From positions 62,744,001-62,808,000 of the forward strand of contig OX597818.1 of assembly GCA_951406725.2 (NCBI GenBank): DNA of 64,000 nucleotides, given 5' to 3'. A model generated the notes under the pieces. That model worked only from the letters and a program-made list of their open reading frames with translations, searched no databases and had not been told where the DNA came from. Below are positions 51,057 to 63,437 of the stretch, piece by piece. The stretch comes from Octopus vulgaris. Its lineage: Eukaryota. The first letter of the stretch is position 1; each line of letters opens with the position of its first letter. The position numbers and the translations under genes are program-made.

Positions 51057-51495
51057 GGCGCAGGTGTAGCTGTATGGTAAGCAGTTCGCTTCGCAACCAC
51101 ATGAGTGCGTGTTAGGTCTCAGAGTGTGGCACCTTAGGCAGCGTCTTCTGAGACCAAAGCCATGCGAGTAGATTTGGTAAACAGAAACTGAAAGAAGCCC
51201 GTCGTATATATATGTGTGTGTGTGTGTTTCCGTGTGTGTGTGTGTGTTTCCGTGTGTGTGTGTTTGTATATGTTTGTGTAGGTGTTTGTCTCCACCCACC
51301 GCTTTGTCAACCGGTGTGAGTGAGTTTACGTTCCCGTTACTTAGAGCTTCGGCGTAAAGAATCAGACGTGATAAGTACCAGGTTTCAAATGAAATGAGGA
51401 GTATCGGGGTCGTTTCATTCGATGAAAAACTCTTCAATGCATCCTCCAGCATGGCCACAGTGTAATGACAAAAACCATTAAAATATAACAGATAA
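51057..51495 (+). mobile_element. Older SINE family A copy
   Basis: ggcgcaggtgtagctgtatggtaag head; gaaactgaaagaagcccgtcg; (TG)n; tccagcatggccacag. Confidence 0.85.
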
Positions 51496-51545
51496 AAGAA
51501 AAATAATTCGAAATATTTGATAATTTGTACGAAATAACTGTCAAA

Positions 51546-51710
51546 GGCGCAGGAGTGACTGTGTGGTAAGTAGCTTGCTTACCAACCACATGGTTCTGAG
51601 TTCAGTCCCACTGCGTGGTACCTTGGGCAAGTGTCTTCTGCTATAGCTTCGGGCCGACCAAAGCATTGTAAGTGGATTTGGTAGACAGAAACTGAAAGAA
51701 GCCCGTCGTA

Positions 51711-51781
<71 letters not shown>

Positions 51782-52011
51782 ATGTATGTGTGTGTGTGTG
51801 TATATGTTTGTGTCTGTGTTTGTCCCCGCAACATCGCCTGACAACCGATGTTGGTGTGTTTACATCCCCGTAACTTAGCGGTTCGGCAAAAGAAACCGAT
51901 AGAATAAGTACAAGGCTGACAAAGAATAAGTCCTGGGGTCGAGTTGCTCGACTAAAACCGGTGCTCCAGCATGGCCGCAATCAAATGACTGAAACAAGGA
52001 AAAAAGAGTAA
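51546..52011 (+). mobile_element. SINE family A, full-length copy
   Basis: Head ggcgcaggagtgactgtgtggtaag...gagttcagtccc, internal (TA)n(TG)n, tail aaagagtaaa. Confidence 0.94.
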
Positions 52012-54198
52012 AACAAATGAAGAATACAAAAGTATATGAAAACAATTTCGCGAATTTTACGGATAAATATCTAATATATTAAAAATGAAAATGACCAGCA
52101 ACATTTAATGGGACGTTGAATCAGCGCCAACGGATGTAACTTCGTTAAGTGTGAAGACGACTTGCTGCTTTGCTTAAAGTACATTTAACTCTAGGATATT
52201 AACGTTGTCTCTACATCATTGTTACATAAAGTAAGCAAAGTTAAATAGCTCAACCGGAAACAAACTGTATATTATTTATACACATCATGAAGAGGTAATT
52301 CTTAATCTACATCGTTCTTATTTTTTATGCACAAAATGAGAGCTGTCTGTTATATTAAACGCATTATTTATCTAAGTCGATTGGCGCCATCCTCAGACCG
52401 GTTCAATAATTTAAAATCATTAAATGGATTTTCTGAAAAATAATATTTTTCAGACTACTGACATTTCCAAAGAAATTTCTAAAATATATTTTTAAAATTC
52501 ACCGTTTCTCATAAATTTCTCCCCTCAAATACAATTATTCGACTTGTTTAGTAATTTATTTATTTTTTCCTTGTTGTTGATGTTGCTTAACCTTTGTGCA
52601 ACCCTGTTCAAGTGATACCTATGATCAAACACATTCCAGTTCTAACAGTTCTATTCCATGTTTTGTGTACTAGGAAGACGGCAGATTGCTCCATGTAGTC
52701 GTCATATTGAAGATAGCAGAGAGTGATTGTAAATAGAATTTCACTGATATTTGAAGCCAATGATCTTTAATGTCTTCAAATATCTGTTTCATTAGGAAAA
52801 GAAACTTGCTGTGTATCGATGTTCACCTTATTTGAGGTTAAAGAATCTGTAGCAAAATGCATTGTACAGAAAGAAAAAAATCGAAGTCGAAGAATCTATG
52901 TTGAGTATTAATATTGGTTTCAAATTTTGGCACACGGCCAGCAATTTCAGGGAGTCGCTAAGTCGATTACATTGAGCCAAAATGGTGCTTATTCTATCAA
53001 TCCCAAATTGATGAAACGCAATGTCGACCTCAGGATATATTCAATATCAGACGCTGGCACTCATTGATTAACTGATTGGAAGTGTTATCATGTACATTGT
53101 TTTGTCTTAGTATAAAAGATGGGCAACAACAAATATTCTGTTCAGTACCACAGATTTGCTTGTCACTTGTTTGACCTTAATAATCGATAGCACGCCGGGA
53201 AAAATGCCTGATGGTATTTCATCCTCGTTACTTTCTGAGTCCAAATTTTTCCAAGATCAACTTAGCCTTGCATCGTTTCGGAATCAATTAAATAAGTACC
53301 AGTTGAAAGCTGGGGTCCATGTAATCGACTTAACTCCTCCTTAATATTGCTAGCCTTGTGTCAAAGTCTTTATTCGGTATAACCATAAATTTATAGTGCT
53401 GACAAATATAGACAGGTGAAAACCCAATAAATGCGTTTTAGTCTGTTCACACATAAGTACAATAATTCCAATCTATTCATTGTGAAAAGAATTCTGGTGA
53501 TTGGCAGAATTAACCTTTAAAATAATTGTTATCCGTTTACTTATTGAATTTTAAGACGTGTATCCTGTAGGAATACCTGAATTCGGCAACGCCTGGTTCC
53601 TAAACAGTTAATTGCCTTAAATACGTTTAATACACACAGACAGACAGACGAACAGATAGACATACAGACACACAAACAAATACTGTGTATAAATCTCTAA
53701 ATAAAGAATTAAACAGAACCTAATCGAATCCTGTATATCTCTGATTATTTTGGATGACATTCGAACATAATTCAACATTCCCTACAATAATTGTCTATTA
53801 CATATAATTCCTCTTTTTAACAACGAACAGCAGAATCGTGTTATTGATTTTACTAAAAATATCCGAAATCCAAGCTAAAAATATAACTCATAGCGTACGA
53901 TAACATTTTATTAGAATTTTCAGTAAGAATGATGTTATTCAGCGGGCAATAAACACAATTCGGTGTTTAGTACTCAATTCAAACCGCACCCCCTCCTCAC
54001 TTTCTCCCCTCTATTTACTCATTACAGACTCAAAATAAGGCTCAGAATAATCACAGGCTCAGAAAAATTCAGTCTCCATTTAAGAAATGACGCTAAGCAG
54101 TGATTTGAAAACATGACTCATCGAATACCAATCACGATATATAAGATTAATTTTAGCCGTGTGTGCTATGCATACCTTTGTTATACTAAGCACTTGGA

Positions 54199-54592
54199 AG
54201 GCGGCGAGCTGGCAGAAACGTTAGCACGTATTTCGTCTGCCCTTACGTTCTGAGTTCAAATTCCTCCGAGGTCGATTTTGCCTTGCATCATTTCGGGGTC
54301 GATAAATTAAGTACCAGTTACGCACTGAGGTCGATATAATCGACTTAATACCTTTGTCTGTTGCTGTTTGTCTCTCTGTGTTTAGCCCCTTGTGGGTAGT
54401 AAAGAAATGGGTATTTCCTCTGCCGTTAAGTTCTGATTTCAAATTCCTCCGAGGTCGAATTTGCCTTTCATCCTTTCGGAGTCGATAAATTAAGTACCAG
54501 TTACGCACTGGGGTCGATCTAATCGACTTAACACATTTGCCTGTTCTTGTTTGTCTCCCCTGTGTTTATCCACTCGTGGGTAATAAAGAAAT
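54199..54592 (+). mobile_element. SINE family B dimer with ~16-bp TSD
   Basis: Two units with a junction at ~54410; tatactaagca(c/a)ttgg on both flanks. Confidence 0.92.
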
Positions 54593-55006
54593 ATATACTA
54601 AGCAATTGGTTATTATTTAATATTTCTAAATATTTCGTCACACTTCTGTGGCCCAGTTAGCTACCTTATCCCACTTCGTCTCCTAAAAATATCATCCAAG
54701 TGAAACGTTTTCTTTCATTTATGTTGCAGTTGCTTTGTTCTGCTATTATTCGTACTCCGACTAAAGACAAATGGGTTATCATGAGAGTATATTCGGATTT
54801 GTGATTGTAATCGTTCTGTATATATAGGTGCAGGTGTGGCTGTGTGGTAAGAGTCTTGCATCCCAACCACATGATTCCGGGTTCAGTCCCACTGCGTAGC
54901 AACTTGAGCAAGTGTATTTTTCCATAGCTTTGGGCCAACCAAAGCCTTGTGAGTGGTGGATTTGATAGACGGAAACTGAAAGAAGACTGGCGAATATATA
55001 TATATA

Positions 55007-55618
55007 TATAAAAGTAGATAAATGGTACAACAAGGCACCAATATTTACTGGAAAATAGCAATTGTAATAAATACGACGCTATTGTATAGCTTCACTGTGT
55101 ATTTACTAGCAAAGACGCGTGTGTATGCAACAAACATGAAAAAAATTTCTCTTACCTCTAGGAAGAACATCTGATAAATGGAGAACCTAGAATCGGATAA
55201 TGCAGGACCGGTTTCTGACTCTTCAAATACGTTTGACAACGTAAATTTGATTAGTCTTCATCAGCTGCATTTACCGAGACAATATTTCAAATGTTGCCGC
55301 ATCAAAACCAGTATACTCGTGTGAACGCCAAAACGTTAATAGAACAAGAACAGTGAAGAAGTTTCAATGAAAATAATAATGCATCATCCGATTCTAGGTT
55401 GTCCATTTATGAGATGGTCTTCTTAGAGGTAAGACAATTTTTTTTCTTGTTTGTTACACACACGCGTCTTTGCTAGTATATACGCAGTGAAGCTATACAA
55501 TAGCGTCGTATTTATTACGATTGCTATTTTCCAGTAAATATTGATGCCTTGTACCTTTTATCTACTTTTATATGTATAATTTTACCCTTATGGAAAGTAA
55601 TACATTCGTATTGCATTA

Positions 55619-55620
<2 letters not shown>
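55007..55620. mobile_element. Penelope-like inverted pLTR insertion (~195-bp arms)
   Basis: Arms 55007-55204 and 55380-55572 are reverse complements with scattered mismatches; the spacer carries a hammerhead; both ends abut (TA)n. Confidence 0.85.
55199..55271 (-). ncRNA. Type I hammerhead ribozyme motif (Penelope type, palindromic stem III)
   Basis: Minus strand: AAUGCAG-CUGAUGA-a-GACU..UCAAAU..UACGUU(guca)AACGUA-UUUGA..AGUC-a-GAAA-CCGG-UC^CUGCAUU. Perfect 7-bp stem I; predicted cleavage between 55206 and 55205. Confidence 0.85.
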
Positions 55621-55655
<35 letters not shown>

Positions 55656-55880
55656 TGTGAGTATACGCGTGTGTGTCTATGTATGTATTTGTGTGTCTGA
55701 GTTTGTCCCCCACCATCGCTTGATAAGCGATGTTATTGAGTTTTCGTCTGCGTAACTTAACGAGGCTTACAAAGAATAAGTCCTGGGCTCGATTCATTCG
55801 ACTAAAGGGGGTGCTCCAGCATGGTCGCAGTGAAATGACTGAAGCAAATAAAAGGAAAGAATAGAAGAATATATATATAT

Positions 55881-55944
<64 letters not shown>

Positions 55945-56258
55945 CACAGCAGAGATAACCGTCCCGTGAGCGTCTCTATAATCGTCTCTAGGGTTATTAG
56001 ACTAGCTTAGTTTTGCCTTTCACACGTAGGCTTGATGCTCTGGCTGAATCAAGTTGTCAGTACGTCTAGATTTTTACCATACAGTGTTATGGCTAATTTA
56101 GCGAAATGCTAATGCGTATACAAACAATTAATATAAACAGCTAGGCGCAATATAATACCAGAAAGTAAAAATTTATCATCACTAATTATGACTGAGGGAG
56201 TCCAAGAATCTTTATGGCAAGAAATAGGAGTTTAAAAAAAATCTTACACAAGTAAACA

Positions 56259-56312
<54 letters not shown>

Positions 56313-56339
56313 CGAGTTTCTTACAACATTAAGTACTTT

Positions 56340-56500
56340 TAACTGTTGTGGGGGTATATACGTGTCCGTAGCTGACGTAGCGGTGTGTTGAAAGGGACCG
56401 ACAAAATAAGTGCCAGTCTTAAATCGATTCATTCGACAAGATTTCTTTCAGGTGGTTCCCCAGCATGGCCACAGTCTAATAACTGAAACACAAAAAAGAT
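56340..56500 (+). mobile_element. Degraded 3' part of SINE family A
   Basis: aaataagt.cca...cgattcattcgac...ggtggttccccagcatggccacagtctaataactgaaac. Confidence 0.65.
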
Positions 56501-57469
56501 AAATGATTCACCAAATTTCCTTTATTTACCCGAAATCACAGTTTTCAATTCCCTGATATTTTTCCTCTCCAAAATATAAAAGTGTATTATCAAAAATGTT
56601 TGTCACATTGAATATGAATTTTATGAAACCTTTCGATATCCGAACCGTAGATTCTCTTGTAAGAATAGTAATGTCAAACGATCATTGCCACTTTTATTTC
56701 ATTACTTAATATCTGAAAATCTTCTAAGTATTGAGACTTGTTAAGCGATATATCCCCAGCACATATGCTGAAAATCAATTATTGGCTAAGTTTTATTTAC
56801 CTCGGGGTTTTTTCTCACGTTAAATTTTCTATCTTCATATTCATATATTGTAAAGTGCTTGGAGATCAAGAAACCATTATATAAATTTTATTCTTGTTTT
56901 GTGGAAGGTTAGATGGTGTTGTGTGCAATGAATAAGCTGCTGGTAAGGAAAACTGAAATTAACACTTACGATGCTCACTAAACAATACAGAGTATAAGGT
57001 ATATTTAAGAAACGTTGTTAGCGATAGTGGAGCATAATATTTATACAGAGTTGAAAAAAAAAAAACACACAAGTAAACAGTATATTAACATTGTCTGCGA
57101 GTGGACAACTCTCACACTGCCTTTATTTGCATGCTTTTAATTAACTTCCGATGAAAGTTTTTGTTCATTTAAATTGTATATGGATGAAAAAGTATTTGCT
57201 GTAGAATTTAAAGAGCATTAAATTAAAAATCTTTTGATCATAAGTACTTGTTTAAATAACATTATAGAATTAATTCGTTTAATAATACTTTCCACAACAT
57301 CTTGGTTTTAAAATTATTGTTTATTATTTGTCTTTTGATCGTTTTTAAACAAGTGCGCAGACACACGCCCCTCTCATTTGCTCCAGTTCATTCTGCATTA
57401 CTTTCACTGTTGCTCATATTCAATTTAATTCTTTCCTCCTACAAATAGAAAAAAAACACCATAGACACG

Positions 57470-57734
57470 CACACAGATATACACATACACACACACTCTT
57501 ACACAAACATATAAATGTGTATGAGCCGGCATACATACTTACATACGTGCCTACAAACGTACATACATATAAATATACATACTTATATATACACATATAC
57601 AGACGTAGACACTCATACATATTCTATAATATACATACACACACGCACATATATATATACAGACATACACACATATATTCTACCATATATATATATATAT
57701 ATATATTTATACAGACTTACACACATATATTCTA

Positions 57735-57770
<36 letters not shown>

Positions 57771-57800
57771 CTATACATATATATATATACACATCTATAC

Positions 57801-57833
<33 letters not shown>

Positions 57834-57842
57834 CATATATAT

Positions 57843-57874
<32 letters not shown>

Positions 57875-57960
57875 ACATGCATGTATACACTTACATATTT
57901 GCATATACACGTATATTCATAAATTTACATGCATATGTACACGCATATGCCTGTACGTGC
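57470..57960. repeat. Long low-complexity (TA)/(CA) tract with duplicated cacacatatattctacca units
   Basis: Directly visible. Confidence 0.93.
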
Positions 57961-58782
57961 GTATATGAGGACATAGGTATATGCAGAAGCATTAAATGTA
58001 AATATTTGATCATGTATGCGTGTTTTACGCCCACAACGCCTCAAATAATATGGGGCTGAGTCAACTGGTTATCAAATATATACATGTGTGTATTTGTACG
58101 CGGCATGCCTCTGTGTGTGTGTGTGTGTGTCTGTGTTTGTGTGTGTTTGTGTGAGTTTCTATGTGTGTGGGGGGACTGTATGTGTGTGTGTCTGTGATTA
58201 GGAGTAATTCGTGTTTGCTAAGTCACTTGATCTTAGACCGTGTATTGGAACAACGTAAACATTTGAAATGTGGGAGAGCAATTTTCGCAATTTACTAACA
58301 CGCAAACCTATTATATTCAATTTTCGTTTATATCTTAATAATAGTAGGGTCTGTTATCGAATAGCAAAGCCACGTGGTAGGCATTCAGTGGTCTTTTGAC
58401 TGTTATGCTCCCACTCAATCATTTTGAATTTCATTAACTCAATTATAGAGTTCATAGAAGTCTCCTGCATTTTCTTTTCGATATTTTCTTTACTTTTATT
58501 ATTTTATTCACTATTTCTTTGCTAAATTCAAAGTTAAGTATTCCGAGCTTATTTACGAGAATGAACTAGAACTCCATAATGCTGATGTTGATAAGCAGTA
58601 TTTGTGTTCCTGGTTGTGATGTTTAGTAAGAAATACTAGTTAAGGTATAGTGTAAAGAACTATAACGTACCAGCTGCTCACAAAAACGGGGATAATTAAG
58701 CAAGAACATCTATTACAGTTTCGTTTTTGTATTTGGATTGCAAGATTGTTTATGGGAATTCTTGTGTTGAACCATATTCTAG

Positions 58783-58964
58783 TGTGCCTGAGGAGAGGCA
58801 TTCTCTTGTAGTGCCTTATTATTTAACACACTCACGGACTATCGAAAAAGTTGCAAGAGGCAACGAAAATTTTTGGAAAAATTAATGAGTAAATGAGTGG
58901 ACATTTAACCGGTGTGCGTGTTAAATGATAAGGCACTAAAAGAGAATGACTCTCCCCAGACACA
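58783..58964. repeat. Inverted repeat (~54-bp arms, ~72-bp spacer)
   Basis: tgtg.ctg.ggagag.cattctctt.tagtgccttat.atttaacac.c.cac and its reverse complement at 58909-58964. Confidence 0.88.
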
Positions 58965-59013
58965 ATAAACTATTAAAATGCCTCTCAGTAAATGCTGATT
59001 TTTTTGGCAATTA

Positions 59014-59341
59014 TCGTATTTGATGGCCTACAAGACGCACCGTTTTTACTAAAAAATGCCTTTAAAAATACCCCTGCTTCCAATGCACTCAATATAGGCA
59101 CAAAAATCGCTCAAAACGGTATGTATATTTACAAAACACGCACTGCTATCTGTTGATGAACAATCGCCTACGGTATGTTTATATCGAATGTAGATGCAAT
59201 GAATTGCTTATAATTACCGGTAATAACATAAAATTATACAGAGAAGTGGCGGAATTAAATCCTTATTTTAGTGGTAATTCTTTTCATAAAAGTATTGCGT
59301 AGTCCTATGCATTCATGCGTCTTGTACACCGTCAAATACGG
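59014..59341. mobile_element. Tc1/mariner-pogo (Tc2-like) MITE
   Basis: ~26-bp TIRs (t)cgtatttgatggcctacaagacgca / tgcgtcttgtacaccgtcaaatacgg; TA on the left flank, TT on the right. Confidence 0.75.
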
Positions 59342-59623
59342 TTGCTATCCACTATAGAGTGATATAAAATCAACTTCAAATACTTCAAATTACGCATTCA
59401 CTCGGAGCCAGGATCATCCCTAAATTACAGCACAAGTGCATGCATTAAGTTCAAAATCATATGCATTAACAAATTAGATACAAGTTAGTTATTAGTATTA
59501 ACATACTATTGTATCCTCGGTGTGTCGGCAATATTGACTTATTACATTATTTGCCCAGACTGAATATTTGAAGTACAAAAAGAGAAAAAAGACATTTAAC
59601 GCGTATTATACAATACACAGCTA

Positions 59624-59983
59624 AGGCGGTGAGCTGGTAGAAACGTTAGCACGCCGGGCGAAATACTTAGCCGAGGACGACTTTGCCTTTCATCCTTTCG
59701 AGGTCGATAACTTAAGTACCAGTTACGCACTGGGGTCGATGTAATCGACTTAATCCCTTTGTCGTTGTTTGTATCCTCCATGTTTAGCCGTTGTTGGCAA
59801 TAAAGAAAAAAGAAACGTTAGCATTCCGGGCGAAATGCTCAGCGGTATTTCGTCTGTCTTTACGTTTTGAGTTCAAATTCCACACACCGAGGTCGACTTT
59901 GCCTTTCATCCTTTCGGGGTCGATTAAATAAGTACCAGTTACGCACTGGGGTCGATGTAATCGACTTAATCCGTTTGTCTGTC
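59624..59983 (+). mobile_element. SINE family B dimer
   Basis: Two units; re-entry at agaaacgttagc near 59811. Confidence 0.9.
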
Positions 59984-60240
59984 ACAGACAAATTAAAGGG
60001 TGGTTTTACGTACCACCTCAAATCAGTACCCATCCAGCTCAAAGAAACCGAAATTATGAAGGAATGAGAGGACTGAACGCTGCCATTTGGACGTTGGCTA
60101 TTTCAAACAGCTGAGTGGATGTTTACCCTCTTTTGACAACAATACATCTTGACTTTAGAGGCAAATGCACATATGCACGCGCGCAGAATTGTGCACATAG
60201 AAGTAGCGTTAAAGAGAGGGCAAGAAAAAGCGTAAGAGAG

Positions 60241-60242
<2 letters not shown>

Positions 60243-60299
<57 letters not shown>
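60243..60299. repeat. (GA)n microsatellite
   Basis: Directly visible. Confidence 0.97.
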
Positions 60300-60305
<6 letters not shown>

Positions 60306-60574
60306 CATTGAATGTGTCAATATGTCAGCTTCAAGTCAATGACGTCAGTTGCGTGCTAATGACTTGTAGAATTTCTGTAGAATATCTGTAAAGATAATCT
60401 TAAGAAGTCAATTAAGTCGTGCCAATAGACACATACCCGTCTGCGCAGCGGCTGTGAGAGGTTTTATGACGAAGGTTTTTTAGATGTGTTTTAAGATGTT
60501 TTCTGCACCGCTGCTTCATCGTTCGAGATGTGAGAGCTGCTATTTGTTACTTGTTACTTATTGAAGCCATAAGA

Positions 60575-60882
60575 CTGCTGCCATGCTGGAGCACCACATT
60601 AAAGAAATTCTAGTCAAATGAATCGACCTCAGTACTTCTTTTGTTTAAGCCCGTTACTTATACTATCTGTTACATTTGCCGAACTTCTAAGTTACGAAGG
60701 ACGTAAATATACCAGCAGCGGTTGCTAAGCTGTGGTGGAGGACAATTACAAAAATCCGGCACAAAGACATATACACACACAATCATTCACACACACATAT
60801 AAATACATCGCAGGCTTCTTTCAGTTTCCGTCTAAAACATCCACTCACATGGCTTTGGTTCCCCGGAGGTTATAGTACAAGA
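60575..60882 (-). mobile_element. Older, 5'-truncated SINE family A copy
   Basis: ccatgctggagcacc...ggcttctttcagtttccgtct...ccactcaca.ggctttgg. Confidence 0.8.
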
Positions 60883-62294
60883 CTGTAGTTTCGTGTCCAG
60901 GTAATGTCACCCAACAATTGCTGCTCACGGTAAAGGTAAGCGTATGAATCAGTCATGGTAAAGGGGAATATGTATAGAAGACAAAGGACTTAGAAGGACA
61001 CAAATGGGACATGCTTGGAGGGAATGAATAGAAATTTTGAAGAAAATAATAAAGATCAAAATCGTGTACAAGTTGTTAATATAATACTTAGCGATATCAC
61101 ACTCGAAAGCGTAACAGCTAAAAGATTTAAGCTGATCTTCAGAGATAAGATTAATCTCAATATTATGATCATAAAAAAAAGTAGTAAATCTTACTTATCA
61201 AATGAATTGTCTGTAAATTCTAAAATTTTGACAGCTGCCCCAGTTCAGTGGATAACAAGATGTCTACTTCGAAGCCATGTATTAATCCTTTGACTGCAGA
61301 AATAGATATATTCACTGAAACGTTCATAACTCTTAATTATTCTCAGTAGTTTTATATACCAATGTATCTTTGTTGGAGAATGTCATGTTTGAAATTGGTT
61401 TTGGTCGAAATACATCAAGTGCTTTTGGGAGAAACTGACTTATAGAAAATACCAGTTCTATATGATTGTTAGATATTCAGCATCATTGTTGCAATAACAA
61501 TGAAATCTAATTTCGCAGTTAAAGGTTAACTCATTCCACTCATCATCAACACCCAACTTGTCCACCCATCATCGTCGCATGACTTGTTGAGAACATGCTC
61601 CAGGTCAGGTCAATATATTCAAGGGCATCCTCCACCGTCCTCCGCTACAATTTGACTGGTGCGCCTCACAGCCCTGTAACCCTACTCTCTAACCTCTAAT
61701 TAAGGTAGGTACATACACACACACATACACACTCACACTCACTCATACACTCACACATACACACACACAACATATATAAGATTATGGCAGGTATCACTTT
61801 CTGCTTAGGAATGCAAATTACACATTCTTAATCTTCAGAATATATGAATACATGTATGTATTTACGAATGCTTATAAGCACAAATGTATGTATATATATT
61901 GACACTTACTCAGGGAAGGAAAAGAAGAGCCTGTGACATCTTTTTTTTCTCAGGGCCCCAGAATCTTCTGTGGGGAACAGGAAGAGATGTCTTCAGTTCA
62001 AAGACATAAATCCAGTGCTTGCAGAGAGCTGAAGTCTACTACGGAATGGTAACTTTGCATGTGCATAAGCGTTTTTGTGTATATCACTCAAGTGAGTGCT
62101 CGTTAAATTTCAAACAGTAGCAAAATATGTGGCCGTAGGTGGGTAGCTGGAACTTATAAAGTGGATGTGGTCCGACCCACTCCGAGAGTAAGGAATTAAG
62201 GGCCGAAAAAACAGCTATGAAGAAATCGTCTTCTCTGCGCTCATTTTGCTTCACAGCTCGCCTTAGCTTTTCGAATTATTTTTATATGTATATC

Positions 62295-62312
62295 TACACA
62301 CACACATACACA

Positions 62313-62366
<54 letters not shown>
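62295..62366. repeat. (CA)n microsatellite
   Basis: Directly visible. Confidence 0.97.
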
Positions 62367-62367
<1 letters not shown>

Positions 62368-63437
62368 TATATATGTGTCTAAATATACATACATTCAGAT
62401 ACAGAAATCTATAGAGCTACATATACTGATGGAAAACTATATCAAAGAACCTTCTCATATTTCTATGAAAGAGAATATTAAAGTATTTATTTTGGAAAAT
62501 TCCTACTCCTCCAGTATTTATATAAAATAATTCATCTGAATATATGAAATATAAAGATAAATTTTGCCCAAATATTATTCGTAATTTCATATTAAAAATC
62601 AAACATGAAAGAGTGGCTACAAACACCTTATGTTCATTTTATTCATTAATATCTCTAGTTTGCAATTTGTAATAAAAGAGTTTTGGCAACAATGCCTCGG
62701 TACAAAATTAGTAAAAAAGATACAAAAAATGAAGAAAAAAGAAAGAATCAGAATATTAGAAGGAAAACAAATTATAATGCTAAGAAAAAAAAACAAGATA
62801 AAACAAGGAATTTATTAATTTATGTCTACTTTTTGAATAATGAGATGTTTTTTTTTTGTTTAATATATAATATGTTTTATTTCTAATTTTCATATATGTA
62901 AATATCTGCGATCATATCTTGTCGGCAACACTTGTTATCATTCGAGTTTCATTAAAAAAAATTCTAATAGGCATTGCTTCAGTATTCAAATGGACTTCGT
63001 ATAATGATATAATAGGTTGGAATAAAACAGATCTTCTATTGTGCTATCACTCATAAATAATACGGCCTCAGTTTAAGAACACCGCATTGTATTTTGACTA
63101 TATCAACCTTAAATAATTCTTTCAGATTCTTAAGTTGCATGGTTCATAGCCCATACATGTCTGTCCGACGTCTAAGATTCACAAACAATAACAAATCTAA
63201 ATATATAAAATTTAATAAAACCTCGGATATAAAATATTGAAACGAAGATAAAAGTCACTCCCTAAACAACAAGAAATATAAGCCTGCATACATACATACC
63301 TACATACATACCTAGATTACATACATACCTACCTACCTACATACATACATGCATACATACATACGTACGTGCATACATGTATACATACATATATATGTAC
63401 GTACATATGCATGTATACACCTATCTGTGAATATAGC

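Larger units (their letters stand above)
54827..55862 (+). mobile_element. SINE family A copy split at its internal (TA)n by the 55007-55620 insertion
   Basis: 5' half at 54827-54992 and 3' half at ~55660-55862 are collinear with the 51546 copy. Confidence 0.88.
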
